Shown here one piece after another: positions 40,801-53,141 of a stretch of DNA of 64,000 nt; position 1 is the first letter of the stretch; each line of letters opens with the position of its first letter. The notes beneath the pieces were generated by a model. That model searched no databases. It was not told where the DNA came from and worked only from the letters and a program-made list of their open reading frames with translations. Source of the DNA: Dicyema japonicum (Eukaryota; Animalia; Dicyemida); assembly GCA_011109175.1 (NCBI GenBank), contig RDEW01000001.1, forward strand, positions 2,235,485 to 2,299,484, written 5' to 3'. Made by a program: the position numbers and the translations under genes.

Positions 40801-43800
40801 CAAACAGATCCGAGAAGTGATTTATAATATGATTAACTAATAAAAGACATCCATCCTGTACAAATGGATTATCACTGTTTATTATTACTAATTTAATGTG
40901 ATTTAATGTTTCTATAACTTTATGTGCTCCCAACACTTTTATAATCTCAAAATAGCCTATATTATAGTTTAGTAGTAAAACCATTGGCGGAAATGAATCT
41001 ATCACTCATACTGTCCTTATTAGTCAGCAGTTCATATAACCAATTCAGAGTATCATCAATAGCTTGAGTGTCCACTGTTTTGGCTATTGAAGAGAATGCC
41101 TTAGCGGTAATAGCACGGACATTTCCGTCCAAACTTCTCAGAGATAACTTTAAATTGGGAAGTACTTGAGGAGTGTACCTTTTAGTGTCCTAAAATAATT
41201 AATAATATTACTTCAGGATCAGCAATAGCGGCCAAACGAGAGAATATTAAGGAGGACATAAAAGTAGTTTTGGGATTTTGATTTCTGAATCCCTGTAGAA
41301 TTACCGGCATAATTATAGATATTGAGGCAGAGTCTATTAAATGCACGAATTTGAGATGAGATAGTGCATTTAAGGCATCATACGTAGATTCGGGATTAAC
41401 TAAGGCAAGAATGAGCACGTGGATTATCTCTAATAATAATTATTATATCAAACTCATAATTTCCTGGTTCTTAATAACAGATCCAATTCTATTTATAGCC
41501 GACGTGGCTGTCTCACGAACATGCGCGGATACGTCATTAATAGAGTCCAATAACTTGGGATCACATTTGGAAGTGCCTGTGACATTACTTGCGTGGAACT
41601 GTGGGCTATCCAACTTAGAATATCAATGGAACCTTAATAAATATTAATAACAAAACATGCACGTGTTCTCCATGAACGGTCATTAAGGGCATCCAACAAC
41701 TGAGGGAGAATTCTCTCCATTCCATCAGCAGTCAGATTAATCATGATAGTCTTGGCACAATCGTCAGCAGCCTAAAATAATAAACAAATACCACCTTTCT
41801 AACATAAATATTCTGATCTCCAATCAAATTCAACAAAATAGGCAAGAATGCGACAATGTACGACTCAAATGGTTTTCCTATTATCCTACACAACGCCTCA
41901 AATGTAAATGCGGCATCTAATAAACACATTTTTATACTTTCTCGACAAATAAAATGCTTGTTTGAGAAATTTTCGGTCATAAACTCAAAAATGTTGTACT
42001 TTTTTAAACCAGCAATACCCAATCCACGGCAGAACCCAGCCAAACCATAAGCATACCCACGACGTTCTCCATAAACCTCAGAGTTAACTATTCCATTCTT
42101 CATTTTCAAAACAAATGACTTTTCTTTAGACTTTATAGTTTTAGTGAATGTTGGTAAACATTTAGCTACATTTTCTTGTACCTACAATAACATATAAAAC
42201 CAACCATCTGTGAAGGAGTGGAGAGTGTTTCAATAAGTTTATCCAATATTTCTAACATTTTCTTACTGTTCGAGTCAAGATAAGCAGCTAATGACCCCAT
42301 AATGGTGACCAGTGCATGCCTCTTCATGTCAAATTCCACTTGATGAGGGGTCTCTCCCAGAATTCTCTCCAAGACAGGTAACAACCCTCTCACATGTTTC
42401 TAATATATTTAACATTAATCATACTCCTCCATAAGACTGCGTTAAAGTAATTGCCACATTAAAGTAAAGACAAACCACTTCTTGGTTAGAATCATCAACA
42501 GCCAAAGAAAGAATAAATCGAAGAACATCCATAACGAGACCAGATGAATTCCCATAAAATGAAGATAATTCTGTAAACATCAAACCAGTCGCATATCTAG
42601 CCCACCAGTTGTCAACCACCACATCTACAGGGATATCTCCTCTTCTCTCAATCCACTACAAATTATACTACCTATAACAGGTAAGTGTTGACTGTAAATA
42701 TCCTTCACTTTAGTAATCACATCACTTATAGATAGCCCTCTTAGTCTCCCAAATGCAAAATTAAGTCCCTTTGATCCTGCTGTCCTCAACTCAGTTTGAT
42801 CGGACAAAGTCATCTCCATAACGAAATACAAGATATCCTTAGTCATAGAAAAGTCAATATAGTAAAATAATCTAAATATACACAACAAATACTCTTCAGC
42901 AGTCGAACAATCCTCATTGTAAGGCCAGTATATCGAAATTACAAGGATTCCACATAATCTATTGTAAATATCAAGATTTTTTTGCAAACATGACTTTACC
43001 ACAGACTTCATTTTAAGAAATGCCTACAACATAACCACACATTACCCCAAATATGATGGACTTAAACACGTGGTTATCATTTCTCAAGTAAAGGCACTCA
43101 CACATAGTTTTCACCTCTTGATAGCAATCAGGTTTAAATTGACAGAGATATGAAACAACATCAAACAGCTGAATGGCCAGATCAGTCATATCACACAGTT
43201 CAGCAGCCAAAAAGTCCCCAATTTGAATCATTTCTATAATCGGGAGAAGATTACCAAGTTCCTATAATGAGAAAAACAATAAAACTGAATGATAATGTAA
43301 GCATGGTTTAATTTTCTCTAACAAATGAATTAAATGCATAACAGGACGAGTGTAGTGAGAATGAAATGAAAGGGAATAACTCAACTCCCTGCAATAATCT
43401 GAGAAGACTATAGCTTTGGTCAAATAGACCATAAATGATATCTGCGCACATAAAATTTCCCTTCGTTTGTCAATCCCTGATAAAATTTCAGCCTCTTCAA
43501 TAATCCCAACAGTCTTGAGTATATGTTCTTCCAAATTGGGTTGATCACATTCCATTAATAATTTCAATCTGCAGTCATTAACAGTCTCAACTTTACTAAG
43601 AAATAAATCAAACCGTCTAATAAATGTTCGAATGCGTAGTCAATCAGAGCAGCACTCAGTTTATCACCACAATTGTGGACAAGACTATCTTTCATCAAAC
43701 TATCAGATAAACAGAGAAGATGTAAGAAGTTGTGAGAATATATATAACATCCCTTCAATGTATTGAGAACATTTATAAGCCAATTTGGTTTATCAATAAG

Positions 43801-46352
43801 CTCAAATAGTAATACATAATACTTTGTGTAGTTTCACTGACAAATCAGCCTCCTTTGTGATCTGTTCAGTTATTCTACTAAGCTGCAGTTCAGTCATGTC
43901 CACTCCCCCATATGTACAACATAATAATGACTAACATTTTAAACATTAGTAAACCTCATCACTTCTACTGCGTCTATCCTTTGAATTAGTCTCCTTAATC
44001 CTACCAATAATATTTAACATACGTTTCTAGTAGTTTTGTATCAAATAGTACCCCTCTGTCAGCATAATTCATAATATTACGGTCATGTTTACTTACTGAC
44101 ATTTCCAATGCAATATTACACAGTTCAACAAAACGAGAGAGAATAATATCCCCAAATTCTCTGTATATATCAGTGTAGCAACGAATGTAATGTGAAAGAT
44201 TGATTGAATCATCTCCACTACCATTTATGACAAATTCAGCATATATTGACGGTGAAACAAGTGAAAGCCGATAGTTACTACTTATATAAGTGACGTTATC
44301 TACTAATATATACGAACCAATACAAAGTCGAGGATGTGTTAATAACAAAGCAATTTTTGGAAGGAAAACAGTCAACCTATTACTATCCATTCCATTAAAG
44401 ATAGCCCGAATAACCAATCTGAACCTGGATGGAGTAAAGACACAATTAAAAGTAAGGTATTTCCTCTGAAAATTAATCAAAACAAACCTCATTTATGAAT
44501 TGATCAACATTATAAAAAATAAAAAGAACAAAGTCTACAATAAAGGATAACCAATCGTCACTCACACACAAAACAGTCCTGTCCCATAAAAAATACTTGT
44601 GAAAGTGGACAATAACCAATGAATGACACAATAACATCCTGTTGTCGATTCCCAATTTTACAAAATATCTGATTATTCTATTAACCAGTATAACTCCTTC
44701 CTTGTCATACAAGCTAATAGATTTGTCCATTAATATTCCAGATTTAATCACCAAACAAATGTCTGCCTTTTCAATACCACACAGCATATCAATCAAATAC
44801 AAACACCGATTAGTAAAATCCTTATTTGATGGAGTACTCATGATGTAATTGTGAACATATTCAACTACATAATCTCCAATAACAGAGTATTTGTCTTTGA
44901 TTAATACACAAATATACAGTAAAGTAAAAGAACAGCATTCGAGAACATTCTAGTGAACCCAGATACCCCCAAAGTCGACCATTCTCAATGCAATAATCCT
45001 TCAATAGTAATATATTATTACAATCAGAGAATACATTGATTTATCAGACTCACTTAGAGAAGTCACCCAAACATTCAACGCAGAACAAATTGCCTGTAAA
45101 ATACGATTTGAATTTGTATTCATAAATGAAAGAAGATTACTGAGTACAGTACTGCACACATTATTAGAAATGTTCATTCTACGTCCCATTGAAGTCAAAC
45201 ATCCAACAATACATTCCTTTTTGGCAACATCAGCTGGATTTGTCAGTGCTTATTATGATTTACATTCATACATTTATACGTACTGCATATCCGTTCACAG
45301 ACAGAAAGTAAGACATCATCATCACAGAATCTAAGAATAACCCCAAATAGTGAGGTGGCCTGTTGCCTAGACTCAGCCACTCCCGAAACAATAACCTCCA
45401 GAATACCAAACAATAATTTACAATTACATTCAATGTGAGGAACACAATATATAATGACTAGGTAACAACAAAGATTTACCACCACTAATGACATCAAAAT
45501 TTGAACTAATCATTTTGGTAATGGCTGATGCTATCACATCCATTTCACAAACATTGAACATGTGTTTGCTGTAAGTCTGCGAATAAATCAATGGAAATAC
45601 AAAAAGAAGTTCTGAAAACTTATGGGAAGGACATGTGAAGACTTTGGTTATCAAAAACTCAGAGATAAGAACCTTTTGATTAGAAAATAAACAAACATGG
45701 GATTCAGGTGGTAGGTAATTAACGGAAACGCAGCAGAATATGGAGGCGATATAAAAAACATAGTGATTGTAGTCGACACTGCAAATATGTTTCAAAATAT
45801 GAAGACTGAGTATGTTTGGAGAATCCGACTTGTATTGAATAATAAATTTACAGATTCTAGCAGTTCCATCCAAAAATTAGACAAATCAACCCTAAATCTG
45901 ACTTGATACTCCTGAGAGACCATACAATGGCCAACCATTTTGGACAAAAGAGTAACCTAACGTGTTTGATAATGACTAACAATTTCTCGCCAATTCGCAG
46001 TTTCAGTCATCAGAATATATACACGTTCCTTCAAAGAAAATCCGATTACAGTCAGCATTCTGATAATCCAAATTGCATTTGTTTTGGAAGTCGTCTGTTG
46101 CCATAAGTCAAGACAGTCGAGATAAACTTGGATAATTTTAGCGAGGCCACACTCACTCTTTTGAAATAGGTAAAATAATAATAAATATTTCGTTTCATTC
46201 TTCTCTAAGTAAGAGGGTAAAGGAGATGAATAAATAATCCAAAAGTATAGTTCTTCGTATGATAATTCTATATAATAAATTCAGTTGTTACTAGAAATAT
46301 GTTCAGAAAAGCCCGCCAATGATAGACTGAAGAGGTTTGAGTTCTCCATCAT
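37864..46352 (-). CDS. GCN1: GCN1 (HEAT-repeat ribosome collision sensor / eIF2-alpha kinase activator), many tiny introns
   Basis: DNWWAR, LIETLSTPSQ, YGERRGYAYGLAGFCRGLGI, KFVHLIDSASISIIMPV and PGFCIP colinear with GCN1. Putative ATG at 46352 (MMENSNLF..., first intron GTAACAACTGAATTTATTATATAG); putative stop at 37864. Termini are less certain than the core. Confidence 0.9.
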
Positions 46353-46430
46353 CAGAGACTGATAAAACAAGAATAGAAATTTAAATATTATTAAAGTTTT
46401 CATTAATAAATTAGTTAATAATTAAATAAA

Positions 46431-47524
46431 TTAGTATGCATTAAATTCAGCCTTGAATTGCATTAGCATAGATTTAAGTGTGCTTTTTTGAGTTTCATTA
46501 AGGTCTTGCAGTGGAGTTCTGACCGGTCCTCCATATTGTCCTGCCACATCAAGTCCGTATTTGTAAGCAGACGAACATGATTTTTTAGCGATCTTGCTTA
46601 TTTTAACAGCCAAACCATATCATTTAAAGGAATCAGTGCTCGTTGCAGCTTTAATGCTTCTTCAAAGTTAGACTCGTTCATAAGTTTGTACAACCTACAT
46701 GTTGATACGGGGACAAGACCACTCAACGATGTTATGCAATCTCTCCCTCCTATCTTTACTACAACCAATTAACCCATAATATAGGATGAAAGCAACATTG
46801 AGGATGATCCCACAAAAACCCTAAAGTCTAGTTTTTGCGTTCTATCCAAAATAGTTGAGATTTTGACAATCTATGGTTAACACATAGAACTACATCTCCT
46901 CCACTTTCCTTTAAACCAATAATGTTCTGATGACTAGCCAAATCAGAGACCACGTCAACACACAAATCAACTCCAGTGTATGGGGGAATGTTATATAGCA
47001 ATATAGGAAGAGGTGAGGCATCGGCCACCTACATTGACCACTTAGTCTTACCTCAGTGTAAAATCTCTTAAAGGTGTCGTAATTCATCAAAGTCTTGTAA
47101 TAATGGGGGGCCCTCAATAGTAAAGCATCTGCTCCTGCGTCTGCAAATTGTTTAGTCTGCTCAATTGTCATTTTTGATGCTATTTTTAGGCATTTACTAA
47201 CTTTCACACCCTGCTCCAGATATTACAACTTTGTCACTCTTCAGATACTTACGAGCACTGCGGACTACCTCAATTCTCTCAGATTGTTTCAGCAGAGCGT
47301 ACTCTCCATTCGATCCAATCATCGTTACTCCTTTTATTAAACCATTAATTAGTACCATTAATGCCAGTTGTGTTTAAATAAGCGATATTGTCAGCCAATT
47401 TGTCATACCAAATATCTCCATTACTATCAAATGGTGTTGTTATAGGGGGAATGATCCCTTTAATGCTGCTTAGGCATCTTATTTGAACACCAACTTTTTG
47501 GAATTTTCCAACTAATCCTGCCAT
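46431..47524 (-). CDS. HOGA1: 4-hydroxy-2-oxoglutarate aldolase (DHDPS/NAL family), mitochondrial, copy 1
   Basis: Basic leader [20 protein letters not shown], then [30 protein letters not shown] (Schiff-base Lys) and YGGPVRTPL. Tiny GT-AG introns. Confidence 0.88.
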
Positions 47525-47964
47525 TAATTAATATATTTTATTGATTTTATATTTTTTGAATATAAAAAAATGGTTTTTTTAATAAAAAAATAATATAAAA
47601 ATAATATTGTTTTTTTACTAATTTCAAAATTAAAATCATGCTAAATTTTGTCATTAGTTATTTAATTGTGTGATCTTATATTTTAAATTATTCAAAGTAT
47701 CTACTCTAAAACCACTACTTTAAATAAAATTTTTTTGAGTGATTTCTTAGTTACGAATTTCGTGATATGGTCTGATATAACATTTTCACGCCCATTAATT
47801 GTTATTTTTATGTTTAAGGTTGATTTGCATAATTATTATATTAAATGACAAAGACTATAATTTCGATTTATTAGTTTATTACTACAATGCTTGTACTTTT
47901 ACTGCCATTACACCTCCCTCTTGTATTATCAAGAGGACATTGAGAGTTAATACAAATCCTCATT

Positions 47965-48137
47965 TTCACTTTAGATCATATAATAATACTGCACTTTAGC
48001 ACGATTAGCTATAGCTCCCCCAGACAAGACACACACTTTAGTAATGAACAGTTATAACTAATCGTAGAAAGAGAATCAATGAATGCTCTTTACTTTTTTT
48101 TCTTTTTGTTGGGTGCGAGTTTTTTTGGTAGACGAGT
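47965..48137 (-). mobile_element. Diverged, headless copy of the SINE at 20148
   Basis: Reverse complement shares CACCCAA.AAAAAGAAAA, CATT..TTGAT.CTC, TAAAGTGTGTGT, GGGAGCTAT and AAAGTGC..TATTATTA. Confidence 0.65.
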
Positions 48138-48769
48138 ATAAATCATATTTGTTCAAATATCCTCAGGTTTGTGTCGAATAAATCGACTGTGATCCTAATA
48201 AAGCAAACCCACGCAACTAAAAAAAGTTATACCCTCGTCGCTTCTGAAACAACAGAAAAATCTTTAATGTTATATTTCTCCGGCTAAGGACGTCTAGGTC
48301 GTCTGAATTTTCAAGTTTCTTTTGCAGTCTAAGATCATCGTGAATTGCAATAGAGAGAACGACCGGGGTATCCATAACTGCTCTGAATTGAGATAAAGAA
48401 TCTTCTGGAGTACCCCAACATGAGTATGAATTTTTCAGACCGTTCAGGGCCAACTTGGACTCTAATATCTGTGTCTAGTAACAGGACTCTTAGTGAAATG
48501 AATTTAAAATTGATAACTACTTTAATAAAGTGAATGTTAAAATTTTATTTTTTTGACTGTTGCTAAGATATTTTACTATAAAATTAATATTTGTTCAATT
48601 CCCCTTTTTAAGGACAGTTTCTTGTCAATATAATAATTGTTCTTAATAAAATAAAGGTTATTTCAAGTAATAAAAGTAGACCAACTCCCAAAATATAGAA
48701 GATTTGTTGATATCGATTTGTTAGAGTTGTCGCTCGCGTCGAATTTAGCTGTAGGTTCAATTCCCACCC

Positions 48770-51700
48770 TTATTTATTAACCCCGGGATCACCGAGAAAG
48801 AAAGACAAAAGAAACGTCAACTAGTTAGGTGATCCCAGTTCCCGCAACCGAACGTGCCATCCAAAGTTTGTGCGTCTCCATTGTTCTCAATATCAAACGG
48901 AAATGCCTTCTTTGATCCTTGCAAAGGAAGTCGATTGGGTACGAAAATTTCTTAGTCAACCGATTTTCTTTTGCGTGGAACAGTGAGAGGCTTAATGGGT
49001 GTCCATCTTCCTCGCAAATGCGAAGAAAACCGAAACCACATCTACGAGTTGTAAATTCCGTTAGCAGGGGAGGTATTTTTGTTCCACATTGTGGTCCCAG
49101 CATACGTATTGTTTTCTTTTGCAGTAAGTTAAGTTTTTGGATAGTAGCCTCTGATAACGCGAATCTATACGCAGCAGAGGCTTTTTCCACGGCCGGCGCC
49201 ATTGTCCGACGATATATAACTCCGATTGCTTCATTTATATGCACTGGGGTCTTCTGGATAAGAGCCCGTGTACAGCCATTTCTGTAGTCCATTGATGAGA
49301 ACTTGTTGTCATGGTAGGTAAAATTAAGCAGCCTGTCGTAAGTCACTCCAGGATTGAGGGGTTTCTTGTGACAGGTATCCGAGTATTTCATGATGAAGAT
49401 TTCTGGTCCTTCTTTGGACCGACGGTCGGAGGTGAATAGAGTGCATGTTGACTTTGGAGCCGATACCAATAGACGGTTAGCTATCAACCAATCGTGGATA
49501 CAATCCACTTTCTTCTGTGCGAGTGAGACTGCTTCTGATGTCTAACTGCTTTTTGCTGCAATGATGATATCATCAGCATAAGAAAGCAGTAGGAAGTCAA
49601 TGTCTGCTGGCAGGTCGTGAAGAAAAGGTTAAATAGAGTGGGGGACAAAGGCTAACCTCGGGGCATTCCGTTTGGTAGTAAACGTAATCTGAGATGGCCA
49701 CAGATGACTCTCCCACGTCTTCCAGATGAAAAATTGACCAACCATACCTCAAGTTAGGGAGAATTTTTGAATCAAAGATTTTTCCAATGAAATGTTTCCT
49801 CGGTACCGAGTCAAACGCCTTGTTGATGTCAATCGAGACCATTGTTGTCAGCATGTGTTTTGGGGGTAGTGTTGAAACCATCCGCAATGAACTACGAAAG
49901 CGTTGATAAGAAAGTCATGGTTGATCTTCCAGAACGGAATCCGTGTTGAAATCCGGTTGAGTTATGGAAGGAGTAATTTCAAATAGGATCAACTTTTCTA
50001 ACACTTTTGATATAGTAGAGGTTAATGAGATTGGTCTGTATGAACTGGGATCTCCATTTTATTATTTATTTATTAACCCCGGATACACCGAGAAAGAAGT
50101 TAAAGTAAAGAAGTAAACCAATTAAGTGTATCCAGTTTCCACTTCTACAGAAACATAGTCCATCCGGAATCAACATGAAGGGTAAAAGACGTCCATAATT
50201 GCAGTTGTGGAAACCTCTCCAGTGGAGTGGGGGAGAGCAAATGAGCCACCTAGACAGGTGGATCACATGACGCCACTTTAATAGGAAGAGTGAGGTGGAA
50301 CAGACGATCAAACAGAAACTTCAACCAATTAGCCACGAAGCACCATATGGCGTCATGCGGCTTAAAATTTTCCTTTTGGTTTTCCGGCCTTATGAATTAG
50401 AGTGATGAGTAAATTCTTTCATATTTGGGGGATAATGTTTCAGTTAACGGACAGGTTAAAAATTTCCGTTAGGTAGTTAATTGCGTATTTGCTTAGGTGT
50501 TTCAAGTGAATTGAAAGTTCTTTAATCCGGCGATAACTTCTGAGATCTGCTTGTCTGAAAATAGTTTTTTGTAAGGTTCATTTTTTCGGTTTACGGGCAC
50601 GTACTTTGATATTCATTTGTTTATAGAATTTCTTGAAGTTGATCGCATCGTAATGTTTCATAAGCGGATTAGGGTGTATACGACAAATTTGTTCTGGAGA
50701 AGGGTTACAGGTTCCATTCGCATTTTCCAACTCTGATTTAATTTGTTTTAGTGTTTTCCAAAATTGATGACATAAACTTTTTTCGTTAAGGCAATTGACC
50801 ACGTGACGCCACTTCTGATCCTGATGGTCTTTATACTCTGGTTGATACTTTTATTTAGTTGTCTGATGGATTTCAACGCTGTCGGATGGCATCTTTTCAT
50901 TTGGTTTCCTTCGTTTTATGAGTGTAAGTGTCCGGGAATTGAAAGTATAAAATTCGTGCATGATGATAGAGGGATAAATATGTTTCAGCCTTTTGAATTA
51001 CCATACTGATGATTTTTGCAGCTTCATCTATCGAACGTATATGGGATGATAGTTTTTTGACCAATTCCAGGTCTACAAAGTCAGAGAAGCCAAACCAGTC
51101 AACCTTCTTATAATTCTTTAAACTTTTCACTTCGGTCAGCAATGTTCGGCGTCTCCGAAATCCTCTTAACGTAAGAAGGATGGGATTATGGTCGCTGGAG
51201 AAACCATAGTTCACATTCCATGTTGTGATTCCTCCTAAAGAGGGTGAAAATAAGGTTAAATCAGGAGAGGTGCAGCTATCAGTGCTCCTTAAAGTGGTTC
51301 TTGTGTGTAATTTAGGATCATTCAGGATAAACATGTCAATAAGACCGTTTTCGATGAACTCGCCTCGACTGTCAGAGGACTGTGAAGCAAGCCAAACAGG
51401 GTGTCGGGCATTTAGGTTGCCGCATATTAGAGCGTTCTTTACTACTGGGATGTAGGATTTTGGGCAGGATCCTTGTAGTGTAGGTTAATCAAGTTGATCC
51501 AAAAAGATGGGTACAGCTCCATTTTGATGGTGATCTGCTCTATGGTATCGTTTGAGTCCAAAAGTTCTGAGGTCCGTCGACTCGCGTCAATGAAAGGTGT
51601 ACCGTTCTTTATAATTCTGAGTAGTTCTCCACCTGGTCTTCTCTGACGATCCCTACGGATTACTGTGTATCCCGGAAGAGAGGGTGTTGGCGTGGAAGAT

Positions 51701-52170
51701 GAGAGCTTAGATTCCTGGATGATAGCAAGGTCAGCTCGATTTGCAAAGAGGAGAGCTTGAAATTTCAGAATCTTTTTTAATTCCATTTGTATTTAGTTGT
51801 AGAATTATTAAGTCTCCACGTGGACCAGGGTTTGTTTCAATGTCGCCACAAGGATCAAAAGTCCAGAACAATGATGACACAAGACGGAGTCGGAGGCACA
51901 TAAGTTACGGGAACCCCCAAGAGGTGGGGAGAAGTTAATGGCTCTTTTCGTTCCTTTGTGAGCAAGACACCACGAGACACCACGGGTGAGAAATTTTCAC
52001 CCTTATACCTACCTGATAGATGGATTCCCTTTCTGCTTTTTAAAAGGTGTCATCGCATCCACCTAACTCAGGAGAGGCCTAATGCCTGGCTGGCATCCAA
52101 AAGGATCCTTCTCTCCTCTATTCCAGGAGTGGATCTACTAATTCGGAAGCCATGTTGAAAAATTGTGCCT
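48770..52170 (-). mobile_element. APE-RT LINE with N-terminal 2A-like peptide, decayed, copy 1
   Basis: GDIETNPGP|RGDLIILQLNTNG, IIQESKL, SPDLTL, SDHNPI, SYRPISL, SIDINKAFDSV and YADD; (TAAA)n tail at 48770. Confidence 0.9.
50057..50365 (-). mobile_element. 5'-truncated related LINE 3' end nested inside the RT region
   Basis: A second GGGGTTAATAAATAAATAA tail and terminal hairpin interrupt HKAGKPK...PSSYRPISL. Confidence 0.75.
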
Positions 52171-52499
52171 GTAGGTCAGAATAATCATTATAAGAACTAA
52201 CTTCTATACTACCTTTAAGAGAGGGACATATGAGGATGGTCATTCTTGGATTTTCCATGTTTTGGAATAGAGGATAATGATTGAATTTTTTCAGATTTTA
52301 AGGAGGGTGTACGTATTCAAAGAAAGTTGTACATGTCAGTCGATATCAATCTTGCCTGGGGCCCCAAATGCTTCAGGAGACATGACGACACTCCATCAGG
52401 GCAAATGGTACATGAATTCCATGAGGAATAGATTGTCTTCCATGCTCGTTCGGGAGGGAAAAAAGTAGAATTAGGAATTGACATTGGTCTGTATGGGTG

Positions 52500-53060
52500 A
52501 GTATTGATTCTAAAAAACTTTTGGTTGTTTTTGTAACCTCAATAAATAGTAATTGATGTTAGCGAGTGTTAATATATCTTTATTGGTGGAGAAACTGCAT
52601 CATCCTCATCTTCAGGCTGTGTTTGATCCGTTTCCGAATCTTCCAGGAGTTGCATGGTCGAGGCATCCAATTATACGGCTCTATTTTCGTCTAGATTGTA
52701 GTATTTGCAGTGAAATAGAGATTTCAAATTGTCTTGGTGTCAATAGTGCATACATCATGCGTTATTGACTGTTCGAGTATATCTTTCTTCCTAATGAGAG
52801 TAAGCGTGTGCGAACATAGCTTGGGATTGAAGTCTTTATATAAGGACAGGAGAATGAATAATTTATCCGCTTTGAAAATTATAATCTTAAGCATATTTAC
52901 TGCTTTATCAAAAGCGTCACACGCATTCCAGAAAGATGAGAGTCCAAATAATTAGTGAATCTCACTAGAGATTAGTTAGCCTCCCCTCCTCAACGGTTTC
53001 ACCCATTCGATCTCAGCTCGTCCAGATCGTCTCCCGTGAGGGTATTAATAAATATTATTG
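52500..53060 (+). mobile_element. Probable 3' fragment of another LINE
   Basis: Degenerate coding remnant similar to post-RT regions (RLDCSI...LSWC...), followed by a GC-richer 3' segment and a TATTAATAAATATTATT tail. Confidence 0.4.
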
Positions 53061-53141
53061 TGCTTATTTTTAATTAAAGAAAAAAAATATTAAGGAACTA
53101 ATTTAAAGCGTGACAGCCATTTTCCTGTAAAAAATCAAATA

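Noticed and set aside
46431-47524. Bacterial dapA acquired by horizontal transfer
   Set aside because: Mitochondrial-type leader, GSNGE/KESGGD motifs and spliceosomal introns fit native HOGA1.
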